A DNA stretch of 64,000 nucleotides, from positions 2,367-66,366 of the forward strand of contig CAXHJY010000126.1 of assembly GCA_964016885.1 (NCBI GenBank), read 5' to 3'. Shown piece by piece: positions 28,245-41,814 of the stretch. Position numbers and translations under genes: made by a program. The DNA comes from Eledone cirrhosa (Eukaryota). Numbering within the stretch: the first letter of the stretch is position 1; the number at the start of each line of letters is the position of its first letter. The notes under the pieces are model-generated. The model did not search any database. It saw nothing but the letters and a program-made list of their open reading frames with translations, and had not been told where the DNA came from.

Positions 28245-28332
28245 GCTTCCTGAAGAATCCGGCGCTCGAGTTTATATAATTATTACATAATTATTGGATA
28301 ACTCAAAACACGGACGAAACAATGGTAGAGGT
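28245..28332 (+). ncRNA. Type I hammerhead-like fold (family C) in a unique island 28170-28540 between TA arrays
   Basis: GCTTC-CTGAAGA-ATCCG..GAGTT..ATAATTAT..ATAATTAT..AACTC..CGGAC-GAAA-CAATGG-TA-GAGGT; some mismatches. Confidence 0.65.
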
Positions 28333-28533
28333 ATTTAAGTGTATTCTATTTTCTCCAAGTTTATTTTAAAACCTAATTCTGCTTAGTTGACAGTATCTAG
28401 GCGATTACGCTGTCGAAATATTCGATAAATATTCCACTACGGCCGACGCGAAGCGCTAGTTTTGGTTATTGGAGATTCCTTCATAGAAGCCTCATTCGTA
28501 TAGCCTGGTCTATTCGATTTTTTATATAGTTAA

Positions 28534-28605
<72 letters not shown>

Positions 28606-28736
28606 TTATATATATATATATTTATATTTATATATATATATATTTATATATATATTTATATATATATATATTTATATATATTTATATATATTTATATATA
28701 TATTTATATATATTTATATATATTTATATATATTTT

Positions 28737-28769
<33 letters not shown>

Positions 28770-28894
28770 ATTTATTTATATATATATATATTTATATATA
28801 AATATATATATATATTTATATATAAATATATATATATTTATATCTATATATATATATTTATATCTTTATATATATATAAATTTATATATATATT

Positions 28895-28959
<65 letters not shown>

Positions 28960-28974
28960 TTATATATATATATT

Positions 28975-29031
<57 letters not shown>

Positions 29032-29056
29032 TTATATATATATTTATATTTATATA

Positions 29057-29107
<51 letters not shown>

Positions 29108-29120
29108 TTATATATATATA

Positions 29121-29163
<43 letters not shown>

Positions 29164-29166
<3 letters not shown>

Positions 29167-29364
29167 GGAACCAGTAAGACCCCGACAGCTGAGCTCAAGC
29201 CGTTTCGACGGCTAATTCTGGACAGAGTCCAGAATTAGCCGTCGAAACGGCTTGAGCTCAGCTGTCGGGGTCTTACTGGTTCCTATTACCCACTCTACTA
29301 CCTCAAGTATTGAGTACTTTGGTGCGTTATGGTCCACCTGGTTCCTTACCACATTTCCTTCGTT
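29164..29364. mobile_element. Fold-back mini-element (family D)
   Basis: Perfect 60-bp inverted arms 29164-29223/29227-29286, one-sided tail 29287-29364; homolog at 59758-59958. Confidence 0.9.
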
Positions 29365-29551
<187 letters not shown>

Positions 29552-29566
29552 ATATATTTATATATT

Positions 29567-29599
<33 letters not shown>

Positions 29600-29600
29600 T

Positions 29601-29633
<33 letters not shown>

Positions 29634-29640
29634 ATATATA

Positions 29641-32600
29641 TTCCGACTGCGCCAACCTGGACTTGGGCAAATCGTAGCGGATCATCTAGGTCGTACCTAG
29701 ATAGGTTCTTAGTTAGAATTAAGGATAAGGACTTTTTAAGTTGTCCAAAAATGCGCATTGTTGGCTATTCAGACCACAAATTAGTGACCTGCATGGTCAA
29801 CCTTGACAGAACTCATAGACAGGGCCCCGGTTACTGGAAGCTCAACTTGTCCTTGCCGGCAAGTAGAGCCTACAGGAATCGGATTAGTACGTTAGTTAAG
29901 GAACGGTTGACTGGAGCGATCGTCAACAACAGGTGGTGGGTATCTCTAAAGAGAGAGATTAGAGTAGTCTCGATTGAATTTAGTAAGGTTCTAGCTGCGG
30001 ATAGGAATAGGAAGGAAAGGGAGCTAATAGATAGAGTAGAAGAGGCAATTAGAAGCGGCGACGTGGCCAGAGTGCTAGCGTCGAGAACGGCTTTGAGCCA
30101 GTTTTTCGACGCGAAGCACGAAGGCTGCGTTGTCCGAAGTAAAATACGTGCTCTAGGGAACGAGGGGGCCAAAGCTGTTAGCTGGGCCCGCGTGACAGAG
30201 GCCAACAGTGGAACTAAATCCACCATCCGGTCTTTGCGAGACCTGGATGGACGGGCGATTCTTGAGCCTAAGCAGATGTGTGAGGCCTTTCAAAGGCACT
30301 TTGCCCGACTGTTCGGGAGGGGCGGGGAGCCGGTTGGGAACGTGGACTTCGGTCCATACCTCGACGGCCTGCCGCGCCTCTCGGACAGGGAGGCGAAGTC
30401 CTGCGAGGAGCCGATTTCGGCCGCTGAGATAGAGGACGTGCTGAGCCAATGCGGCAAACGCAAATCCCCGGGTCTCGATGGTCTTCCTTACGAATTATAT
30501 CTAGCTATGCCGGACTTGTTCCCCGATCTCCTCGAGGTGGTCTACTGCAACTGGCAACAGAACGGGAGAATTCCCTGTACTGTGACCAAGGGCGTAGTCA
30601 CGCTAGTGAGGAAGGACGAGAACAAGGGGGACGAAATAAGTAACTTCAGGCCCATAACACTGCTAAATACAGAGTTACAGATTTTGGCCAAGGTGCTAGC
30701 AAAGAGGTTGGCGCTTGTCGTGGGCAACCTGGTGGGAGATGCGCAGACATGCGCTATCCCGTCCAGGTCCATCCATGACAACCTCCACCTCATGCGATAC
30801 ATCATAGAGAGGGTTGGGAACGAACCCGGCTTTGGTGGGGCTCTGATCAACTTGGATCAATCTAAGGCGTTCGATAGGGTCGACCATGGTTACCTGGATG
30901 CGGTGCTAGCGGCGGCAGGCTTCGGACCCGTTTTCAGGGGCTGGATCACTGCTATGCACAGCAGCCGCATCTGCTCTAGGGTCAAGGTGAACGGCTACCT
31001 CTCGGAGCCGTTCAAAATCGCGCGGTCCATCCGACAAGGGTGCCCTCTCTCCTCCCTTCTGTATGTGTTGACTCTAGAGCCACTACTGCGGAAGTTGGAG
31101 TTGTTGCAGGGCATCCCTTTGGAACCGGGATTGCGGAAAGCGGTGTCGGCCTACGCCGATGACGTGACAGTAATGGTGTCGACGGCCTCCGAAATCGAGG
31201 CGGTCGGCACCTTACTGGAGGAGTACGAAAAGTTCACAGGGGCTAAGCTGAACCGGGACAAGTCGATCGGTTTGCAACTCGGCACGTGGAGGGGCAGACC
31301 GAAGCCCTCCGATGGCGTCGTCGGACGCTGGACGGAGGGCCCGGTGAAGTTGCTCGGGGTCTGGTTCGGACCGGACCTCCAGGTGGAGAAAAACTGGGCG
31401 GAGGTTACGAACAGGGTGTTTGCACTGACCCAGAAGTGGGCCAGTTGCAAACTATCCCTGAAAGGTCGGGCGGAGGTGGCGAACACCTACATAGCGTCCG
31501 TCATCTACTACCGCCTGACCGTAGTGCCCTGCCCAAGGGAAACCCTCACCAAGATGGAGCGCGCGCTCTTCCAATTCCTTTGGAAGAGGCGGGCTCCTAT
31601 GGTGAGGAGATCCATCTGCTGTCAACACCCTTCGAAAGGAGGGCTGGGGATGCCGTGGCTAATGATGCGTAAACACGCATTAAGGCTACGGCACATCTAC
31701 GTATTCCTCACCGGACAACCGGTGTGGGCCTCGTTTGTAAGACGAACCTTTCCCAGACTCGTCTCACTCACCGAGCTGCAATCCTGGGTCAAGCAAAGAC
31801 CGAGAAAACTGGGCGCCTGGCACACTGAGTGTGCCCAGGCGCTCACCGCCCTCTGGCAGGCGGATCCGGTTATCAGTGGAGACTCCACCGCAACATTCTA
31901 TAGAGGGCTGGTACGCAGCAGGTGCGACGACGCCCTCGGAGAAGCCCTAGACATGGAGGAGGACGAACTGGCCAGCCTGTTCGGTAGGACATTCAGCCCG
32001 GGACCTATGGACAACTTCCAGAAGTCCCTGGCCTGGCAGTGCTACCGAGGGGCTTTACCCGTTCGAGAAAGGCTCTACAGACACGGGCGCCCGGGTAGGG
32101 ACCCCGCCAAAAAGATCTGTCCCAGATGCGTGTGCGACGAGGAAACCGTTGCACACGCATTGGTACACTGCTCGGGCGTAGCCGATCTGTGGGGCTATGT
32201 CGAACAACTGCTGTCAAGGGTGGGACCGATCCGGTTGACCACCGAGTCTATTGTAATGATCAAGCCGCCTCCCCCCTTCAAAGATGAAGCAGAGGCGGTG
32301 TTTCTGTGCGTAATAGCCATGGCGAAAGAGGTTGTATGGTGGACGCGTCTGAAAGGACTGAGGTCAGGCACCTTTCTCTCTGGCCAACAACTGGTCCGTT
32401 TCTTCCGATATCATTTCGGAAGAAGGATCAGGATGGAGAGAGAGGTGCTGCACCCCAGCCGTTTCTATGAAAGATGGGTGAAAGTGGCGAGAATGGCCCG
32501 TGTGAATGGGCCTTCACTCTACATCAGACTATAGGTGAGGAAGATGAAAGACCAAGGGAGCACCCCTTCTCTGTGCTCCTGAGGAGAAGGGTTGCACACT

Positions 32601-32796
32601 TTTTTCGGGGGTGTGTGCGACCCCCCAAGGCGCCTCCTCTCTATTGAGGATTTTGTTAAAAATTTTATTTTTTGTTATATCTTATTTTATTTTTATATTT
32701 TGTTATTGCCTCCTCCTTATTGAGGACGCCTTTTTGTGTAAACTCCCCCCTTTGTACTTGTCCCACTTTTGATGCCCTAGTGGCAAATAAAAGAAA
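29641..32796 (+). mobile_element. 5'-truncated L1/Tx1-clade non-LTR retrotransposon
   Basis: GC-rich island in TA satellite; uninterrupted ORF2; ~260-nt 3' UTR ending GGCAAATAAAAGAA. Confidence 0.93.
29643..32534 (+). CDS. LINE ORF2 (C-terminal end of APE endonuclease, reverse transcriptase, CCHC zinc knuckle); N-terminus truncated, no true start codon
   Basis: [14 protein letters not shown] (APE); [41 protein letters not shown] (RT); [14 protein letters not shown]. Confidence 0.92.
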   Translation, partial: PTAPTWTWANRSGSSRSYLDRFLVRIKDKDFLSCPKMRIVGYSDHKLVTCMVNLDRTHRQGPGYWKLNLSLPASRAYRNRISTLVKERLTGAIVNNRWWVSLKREIRVVSIEFSKVLAADRNRKERELIDRVEEAIRSGDVARVLASRTALSQFFDAKHEGCVVRSKIRALGNEGAKAVSWARVTEANSGTKSTIRSLRDLDGRAILEPKQMCEAFQRHFARLFGRGGEPVGNVDFGPYLDGLPRLSDREAKSCEEPISAAEIEDVLSQCGKRKSPGLDGLPYELYLAMPDLFPDLLEVVYCNWQQNGRIPCTVTKGVVTLVRKDENKGDEISNFRPITLLNTELQILAKVLAKRLALVVGNLVGDAQTCAIPSRSIHDNLHLMRYIIERVGNEPGFGGALINLDQSKAFDRVDHGYLDAVLAAAGFGPVFRGWITAMHSSRICSRVKVNGYLSEPFKIARSIRQGCPLSSLLYVLTLEPLLRKLELLQGIPLEPGLRKAVSAYADDVTVMVSTASEIEAVGTLLEEYEKFTGAKLNRDKSIGLQLGTWRGRPKPSDGVVGRWTEGPVKLLGVWFGPDLQVEKNWAEVTNRVFALTQKWASCKLSLKGRAEVANTYIASVIYYRLTVVPCPRETLTKMERALFQFLWKRRAPMVRRSICCQHPSKGGLGMPWLMMRKHALRLRHIYVFLTGQPVWASFVRRTFPRLVSLTELQSWVKQRPRKLGAWHTECAQALTALWQADPVISGDSTATFYRGLVRSRCDDALGEALDMEEDELASLFGRTFSPGPMDNFQKSLAWQCYRGALPVRERLYRHGRPGRDPAKKICPRCVCDEETVAHALVHCSGVADLWGYVEQLLSRVGPIRLTTESIVMIKPPPPFKDEAEAVFLCVIAMAKEVVWWTRLKGLRSGTFLSGQQLVRFFRYHFGRRIRMEREVLHPSRFYERWVKVARMARVNGPSLYIRL

Positions 32797-32806
32797 TATA
32801 TATATT

Positions 32807-32840
<34 letters not shown>

Positions 32841-32854
32841 TATATATATATATT

Positions 32855-32903
<49 letters not shown>

Positions 32904-32928
32904 GTATATATTTATATATATATATATT

Positions 32929-33003
<75 letters not shown>

Positions 33004-33016
33004 ATTTATATTTATG

Positions 33017-33089
<73 letters not shown>

Positions 33090-33152
33090 ATTTATATATA
33101 TATATTTATATATATATATATTTATATATATATATATTTATATATATATATT

Positions 33153-33288
<136 letters not shown>

Positions 33289-33302
33289 TATATATATATA
33301 TT

Positions 33303-33336
<34 letters not shown>

Positions 33337-33500
33337 TATATATATATTTATATATATATATTTATATATATATATTTATATATTTATATATATATATATT
33401 TATATATATATATATTTATATATATATATATTTATATATATTTATATATATATATATTTATATATATATATATTTATATATATTTATATATATATATATT

Positions 33501-33535
<35 letters not shown>

Positions 33536-33544
33536 TTATATATT

Positions 33545-33577
<33 letters not shown>

Positions 33578-33636
33578 TTATATATATATATATTTATATA
33601 TATATATTTATATATATATATTTATATATATATATT

Positions 33637-33705
<69 letters not shown>

Positions 33706-33808
33706 ATTTATATATATATATATTTATATATATATATATTTATATATATATATATTTATATATATATATATTTATATATATATATATATTTATATATATG
33801 TATATATT

Positions 33809-33857
<49 letters not shown>

Positions 33858-33906
33858 TTATATATATATATATTTATATATATATATATTTATATATATA
33901 TATATT

Positions 33907-34027
<121 letters not shown>

Positions 34028-34030
34028 ATT

Positions 34031-34081
<51 letters not shown>

Positions 34082-34675
34082 ATTTATATATATTTATATA
34101 TATATATAAAATCAATAATAATGAGTTCAAATCTCAGGCGATCATTTACAATGAAATAGCTCGAAGAAAGACTATTCTGAGCCGTGTAATATAGGTTAAC
34201 TCATTATTATTGATTTTACACTGCTCCTTCGTTGAGCTGATTTTAGCCCCATACAAACGGCTGTTATTTCTAGCAGCACGAGTATGTGGCTAGCTAGACA
34301 CTGGATAACCGCATGAGGTTACCTCGTGCGCTAAACAGTCTTCCTAAATATTTTGAAGTGGAACATACCAATTTTATAGTGCTTGCTGAGGAGATCAAAA
34401 TGCGGTATTCCCTCCACTTTTTCATTATTCGAAACATATTTGGATTTTAAGGTTTAAACCTGTCTACGGAACAGGTTTGATTTTGAAATTTAAATTTGTC
34501 CAAGCACCACGGCCATTGCCAATACAATTTGTTTTTGTTGATTTATGATGTATTATCTTAAGTCATGATAGGCAAACTGTAATATTAGTATATTTCTATC
34601 TAGCTAACTTGGTCATTTACAATACATACATAAATATGAGGATTTGTTTATCAAATATATTGATTTGTGTGAACC

Positions 34676-34708
<33 letters not shown>

Positions 34709-34774
34709 CTATATATATATATTTATATATATATATATCATATATATATATATATATCATATATATATATATAT

Positions 34775-34815
<41 letters not shown>

Positions 34816-34855
34816 GATATTAAATAAATGGAAACTATATTTATAAAACCATATT

Positions 34856-34921
34856 TATTTCATTATACATATTTCAGGGATATCATATTAACAATATGTT
34901 ATGCCTTCTTCAGACAAAATA
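34856..34921 (-). ncRNA. Type I hammerhead ribozyme (family E)
   Basis: TATTTTGT-CTGAAGA-AGGCATAACATATT gtt AATATGATATCCCT-GAAA-TATGTA-TA-ATGAAATA. Confidence 0.75.
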
Positions 34922-35026
34922 CAATATAGGCAGTTTTATAAATAAATAGATTTGACATACCTTTCAACATCGACTTGCATTTGAAAAGTTGATTTGGCAG
35001 TAAAAATATTATGGACAGTTGTAAAC

Positions 35027-35057
<31 letters not shown>

Positions 35058-36217
35058 AAACGAAGAAAAACAAGAAATGCATGCAACTAAATAGAGAGAG
35101 ATGGAATGATAGATAAAGAGAAGAACTTCATGTAAAGAAACAGAGAGAGATATATAGAGAGAGGAAATAGATAGAGATAGATAGAGATAGATAGAGAAAA
35201 GTAGGTAGTTGAACATCAGTTGAATGACGTATCAATGATACATTTATTTATTTATTTATTTATTTAGCTCTAGTATTAATGTAAGGGAGATATATGTGGT
35301 TAGGAGAGAAAACAGCCGTTATATAGAGAGAAAAAATGAAAAGTAACCAGACATAGGCGAGGCAGAATTTAAAAATACTATGTTTCAATGTAGAAATATT
35401 AGTTCGTATAAAAACAGGCACTATAATGTAAATATCAGTATTCTTGAATGAGACACGTATCTATAATGTGTGAAAAGTAATGATCATATGTCTAGTTTTA
35501 AAAATTCATATGTTTATATCATAACTATAAACATCGATGTGAATTTAGGTGATCAGCTCTGCAAACTCCTATTTCACACGGAAAACATTCTCATTGTGCT
35601 ATAAAAATTCAAGTATACATATATGTGTATATATACACATATATATAGAGTCTATATTAATTCTAACAATACTATTCTTGTCTTTACTCTACATGATTAT
35701 CGATCAAGCAGAAATAGAGAACAGATTTCAATATATTAATAAAAATATCAGAAACAAAAAACAAAAATAATAATAAATAAATAAAACAGAAAACTAAAAA
35801 ATATTAAATATTAAAAATAAAAATATTAAAAATATAAAAAAAATTAAAATAATAAAAATAAAAACATAGTATGCCACGCAAATCGACCACAAAGATCAAC
35901 CCTTCAAAGTTAATTGACAATATATTGCCAAGTTCGTTATAAGCATCAGAGTCAAAAACAGATAAAACCAAAAATTATTTACCAAATCCTGTCTAGCAGA
36001 AATCATTTCAAAAGTTTAGGATACCCATTTGGTCTACATATGTTCTTATATTTAATATAGAAGTTTATCTAGTGTAACATTTATTCGATATATTTGGAGC
36101 ATCAACTTTTAGGGTAGTTTAATTATTCATGAAGAATGTTTAAAATAAAAATAAAAAGAAGAAATCGAAATATTTATCGGCTAGTTTCATAAATAATTAC
36201 AAATCAAACTAAATATA

Positions 36218-36985
36218 CTACATTTTAAATTTAAATTTATATTTAAAAGTTGAGTTCAATCTATGTCTGCAGCACCTGAATAAATTTGTCCGTAGATTAA
36301 GGGAATTTTTAGATTTTAGTATAAAGAATATCTCCTCCGCGCAGAGGTCACATGTCTCAGAGGATGAATTAAAAGGAATCCCTCTTGAGACTATATTCCA
36401 AGCCGTCGAATATCTAACGTTATCATGCCTAAGTTGCCAGAGTACGCCTGATAGTGCTGTTGAAGATTTTTTGCTTGGATCTGTGAAAGAATTCTTGTGG
36501 TTATTATAGCGAAGTTTAAATTCCGTCGATGTGGAACCAACGTAGTTAAAAGAATTAAAGTCCGTTTTAACGTTACAGTTGTATATTATATTTTTAACTA
36601 AGCAGTTGTTATTTAACGGACATTTAGATCTATCTCTACAGTTACATTTGTTAACTTGGATATTATTTATGCTATTATCGCTAGGTTTTAAGTTCCTATT
36701 ATTTATTCTATTAATATTTTGTGCTAAATTTTTGGTGGATGAGTAGGTTAATTTTATAGTATGTCTATTGAAAATTGAGTGATACCTATGTGTTCTAGGG
36801 AAGCGATTATCAAGAGCTTTAAAAAATAGTTTAGCGATGTGGGTTTTAATGTTTAGTGAGAAAGTGGGGGCAAACCATATTATGTTCCTAGTTCTATTTC
36901 TTTTTTGGCTTTTGGAATTATTGCAATGCTTTCTAATATAGTTGTTAAGGTTGTGGCCATAATTAAAATCGTAAATATACTCCAA
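36218..36985 (-). CDS. Penelope-like linker plus GIY-YIG endonuclease fragment
   Basis: NIIWFAPTFS, IFNRHTIKLTYS, CNC.DRSKCPL.NNCL..NIIY.C, YVGSTS.FKLRY.NHK.SF, CDLC.EE, CRH. Confidence 0.85.
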   Translation of the reverse strand: MEYIYDFNYGHNLNNYIRKHCNNSKSQKRNRTRNIIWFAPTFSLNIKTHIAKLFFKALDNRFPRTHRYHSIFNRHTIKLTYSSTKNLAQNINRINNRNLKPSDNSINNIQVNKCNCRDRSKCPLNNNCLVKNIIYNCNVKTDFNSFNYVGSTSTEFKLRYNNHKNSFTDPSKKSSTALSGVLWQLRHDNVRYSTAWNIVSRGIPFNSSSETCDLCAEEIFFILKSKNSLNLRTNLFRCCRHRLNSTFKYKFKFKM

Positions 36986-37069
36986 ATACTTGTTGAGTGC
37001 TTTTATATCAGTTATAAATATTTACTCGTTGTAACCCAACAATTGCTAATACTATCTATCGGTCGCAAC

Positions 37070-37197
37070 TCCAGGTAGAAGGAGCAACATGAAATAAAGT
37101 GTCTTGCTCAAGGACATAACGCATCGCCTGGTCCAGGAATCGAACTCACAACCTTACGATTGCGAATCCAATTCTCTAACCACTCAGCCACACGCCT
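37070..37197 (-). mobile_element. tRNA-headed SINE (second family), 5' part
   Basis: Minus strand GGCGTGTGGCTGAGTGGTTAGAG..GTGAGTTCGATTCCTGG then TTGAGCAAGACACTTTATTTCA; degenerate relatives at ~9420 and ~20720-20835. Confidence 0.75.
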
Positions 37198-37216
37198 TCA
37201 CTATATATATATATAT

Positions 37217-37309
<93 letters not shown>

Positions 37310-37817
37310 ATATATATATATCATATATATATATATCATATATATATATATATATATATATATGATATATATATATATCATATATATATGATATATATAT
37401 ATATATATGATATATATATATATATATCATATATATGATATATATATATATATATATCATATATATGATATATATATATATATATATGATATATATCATA
37501 TATATGATACATATATATCATATATATATATATATGATATATATATATCATATATATATATATATATGATATATATATATATTATATATATATATATATA
37601 TATGATATATATGATATATATATATATATGATATATATGATATATATGATATATATATATATATGATATATATATATATATGATATATATATATATATGA
37701 TATATATATATATATCATATATATATATATATCATATATGCAAAAGCACATGTATTAGGCTTGCGACAGATCAGTCTTAAGATTCTTATCTTAGGAGAAG
37801 TAACTATAATTTATCTA

Positions 37818-38005
37818 GGCGGTGGATTGGCAGTATCGGTAGAGGGTCGGACGCCATGCTTTCCAGCATAGTTATGTCCCTTTACGATCTGAGTTCAAAT
37901 CCGGCCGAGGTTGACTTTGCCTTTCATCCTTACGGGGTCGATAAAATAAAGTACCAGTAATGCACTGGGTAATTGCTGGCCTTGTGCCTAAAGTAGAAAT
38001 AATTA
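37818..38005 (+). mobile_element. tRNA-derived SINE (major family)
   Basis: TGGCAGTATCGG box A, GAGTTCAAATCC box B, conserved core, AT-rich tail. Confidence 0.9.
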
Positions 38006-38072
38006 TATATATATATATATATATATAATATATGATATATATATATATATATATATGAGATATATATATATG

Positions 38073-38110
<38 letters not shown>

Positions 38111-38492
38111 GCATTATATATATGATATATATACATATATATATGCATAATATATAAGTATATATATATATATATATACATAATATATAAGTATATATGA
38201 TATATATATATGATATATATATATATATATATATGCATTATATATATATATATATATATATGATATATATATATGCATAATATATATATATATGATATAT
38301 ATATGATATATATGATATATATATAATATATATGATATATATATATATTATATATATATATATAATATATATATATATATATAATATATATGATATATAT
38401 GATATATATGATATATATATATATATGCATAATATATATATGATATATATATATATATGCATAATATATATATGATATATATATATATATGC

Positions 38493-38536
<44 letters not shown>

Positions 38537-38710
38537 TAATATATATACATATATATATATATATATTTATGCATAATATATATATATCATACATTTATAT
38601 GCATAATATATATATATATGATATATATATGCATAATATATACATATATATATATATGTATATATGCATAATATATATATATATATATATATGATATATA
38701 TATATGCATA

Positions 38711-38769
<59 letters not shown>

Positions 38770-38773
38770 ATAT

Positions 38774-39459
38774 ATTTATCTGAATTATTGAGCCCTCTGC
38801 CTTCATGTCGGATTTGTTTATCGTAAATTCGTGAGCTGATTTTCCGATACTCGATTATTCTACTATATTTAGCTCTAGACATAGCTATTGACCAGTTAAT
38901 TTTATTGTTCATTTGTTGTCGATTCTATTGAATGATGAATAGCTCCTGTTTATTTTAACATGTCTATCGAGCACTCTTATTCGATATGTGTATTCCACAT
39001 TACCGATTATTTTTCGCGAATATAGAGGTTATCTCCCTTGCTGGACTCCATGTGCGTCTAGCTATAGTTAACTTCCTTATTCGTCGGACATGACACGTTG
39101 ATAAAGCATTCCGGTCCGTCCGCTCCCTAGATGTCTTATATATTTTTATGTGGGCTGATAGGGGGCGGATTAAGGAATTGCAGAAACCCAAGAAGCTAGA
39201 TTTACCACCTTTCTAGTGGGTCCAGGTAAGTTTTTACATTCATATAAATTATTGATTTATTAATATTTTATCTGAGTGACCCGAAACTTCCTGGTCGTTA
39301 TTTTTCGGCTGCAAGGGTGATTTTAGGCATAATCTTTGTGTGTTGGTATTTTAACGATAGTTATAGTTTTGATTTATCTGAATTATTGACCCTCTGCCTT
39401 CATGTCGGATTTGTTTATCGTAAATTCGTGAGCTGATTTTCCGATACTCGATTATTCTA
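38774..39459. mobile_element. Non-coding island with ~88-bp direct terminal repeats in TA satellite
   Basis: 38774-38862 equals 39372-39459 (one indel); period 598 bp. Confidence 0.75.
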
Positions 39460-39482
39460 TTATATATATATATATATGATAT

Positions 39483-39536
<54 letters not shown>

Positions 39537-39733
39537 ATATATATATATATATATGACATATATATATATATATATATATGACATATATATATATATATAT
39601 ATATGATATATATATATATATATATATGACATATATATATATATATATATATATGACATATATATATATATATATATATATGATATATATATATGGTATA
39701 TATATATATATATATATGATATATATATATATA

Positions 39734-39772
<39 letters not shown>

Positions 39773-39825
39773 CTATATATATATATATATATATGATATA
39801 TATATGATATATATATATATATATA

Positions 39826-39860
<35 letters not shown>

Positions 39861-39894
39861 ATATATATATATATATATGATATATATATATATA

Positions 39895-39949
<55 letters not shown>

Positions 39950-40051
39950 ATATATATATATATATCATATATATATATATATATGATATATATATATATA
40001 TATATGATATATATATATATATATATGATATATATATATATATATGATATG

Positions 40052-40087
<36 letters not shown>

Positions 40088-40392
40088 ATATATATGATAT
40101 ATATATGATATATGATATATATATATGATATATGATATATATATATGATATATATATATATATATGATATATATATATATGATATATATATATGATATAT
40201 GATATATGATATATGATATATATATATATATATATATGATATATATATATGATATATATATATATGATATATATATATGATATATATATATATGATATAT
40301 ATATATGATATATATATATATATGATATATATATATGATATATGATATATATATATGATATATGATATATGATATATATATATATATATATG

Positions 40393-40423
<31 letters not shown>

Positions 40424-40747
40424 ATATATATATGATATATATATATGATATATATATATATGATATATATATATGATATATATATATATATGATATATAT
40501 ATATATGATATATATATATATATATGATATATATGTGATATATATATGATATATATATATGTGATATATATATGATATATATATATATATGTGATATATA
40601 TATGATATATATATATGATATATATATATATACGTGATATATATATGATATATATATATGATATATATATATATATGTGATATATATATGATATATATAT
40701 ATGTTATATATAATATAAGATCAAAAGATGGTTAAAGGAGTTCCATA

Positions 40748-40818
40748 TATTTTATTATGCGCATTTCAAAAACAAACATCATCAAGCAATAATATTTGTG
40801 TTTTCATCAGATAAAACA
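40748..40818 (-). ncRNA. Type I hammerhead ribozyme (family F) in PLE 3' end
   Basis: TGTTTTAT-CTGATGA-AAACACAAATATTATT gctt GATGATGTTTGTTTTT-GAAA-TGCGCA-TA-ATAAAATA. Confidence 0.8.
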
Positions 40819-41814
40819 GGAGAACATGATATGAAGGCTAAAAAACACTTGTGGATAGTGCAGTTTTAAATCAACATATGAAAAATGGTTTTAGATTGAT
40901 GTGTGATATTGGGAAAAATATTTCATTTAGAGAGGGGGGGAAGGATGAAAGGGGAGGAGATGAGAGGGAGAGATGGGTGATAGAGAGAAAGAGATAGTTT
41001 TTATAACTGAGAGGAGATATATTTTTTACAAAGAGAGGTTGAAATCCGTTGGAAGATACTGTATAAATTAAAGATTTTGAAAATTAACGAAGGGAGGATA
41101 TGTGCGAGGAAAAATATTTTATTTAGGGAGGGGGGGGGTGGAAAGGATGAAAAAAATGGGGGAGGAGATGAGAGTGAAGGTGGAGAGGGAGAGATGGGTG
41201 ATAGAGAGAAATAGATAGTTTTTATAACTGAGAAAAAGATATATTGTTTTAATATAGAGAGGTTGGGAACCGTTGGAAGATAATGTATAAATTAAAGGAA
41301 TTTGAAAATTAACGAAGGGAAATTATGTATGAAGATAGAGAGAAAAAAATAATAATTGTGGGTGAATATTCTAACGTCAAAAGAAGAAATGTATGTATTG
41401 TGGCAATTTCAAAATTAGCGAAGAGAAAAATTGTTAAGGTTTGTGTGTAGAAGGATTTGAGAAAAATAATGTGAAGTTAAAGTTTGTATATGATATGTGG
41501 GAATAAAGAGTTAATATGTATTAATAATGAGTTCGTTGATGGGGAGAAAAAAATAATAATAATAATAAAATAAGGATGAAATTGAGATTAAAAAGATTTA
41601 TGATAGAGAGAAAAAATAATAATGATTGCGGATGAATATTCAAATGACAAAAACAAATGCTATGATTTTACGAGAAGATAGAATGAGGGTAATGAGTAAA
41701 CGAGTATTATAGAGTGTATAATGCCCTTTAAAGTAAGGTAGATGGGTATATTTTAAAGAGGTGTATGTATATGTGCCTTTGAGAAAAGATTCTAAATTGA
41801 TAAAGAATTGAATA

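Larger units (their letters stand above)
34815..37050 (-). mobile_element. 5'-truncated Penelope-like element (GIY-YIG ORF, long simple-repeat-rich 3' UTR, terminal HHR), ending in TA satellite
   Basis: ORF 36218-36985 and HHR 34856-34921 lie on the same strand; the link between them and the boundaries are inferred. Confidence 0.75.
37201..40710. repeat. TA-derived satellite (ATGAT/ATCAT/ATGCATAAT variants) with embedded SINE and unique islands
   Basis: Directly visible. Confidence 0.95.

Noticed and set aside
29870-32217. Short overlapping and antisense ORFs within the LINE
   Set aside because: By-products of GC-rich coding sequence with no recognisable motifs
37120-37197. tRNA gene on the minus strand
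   Set aside because: Has A/B boxes but no proper acceptor stem and continues into SINE body found elsewhere in the window
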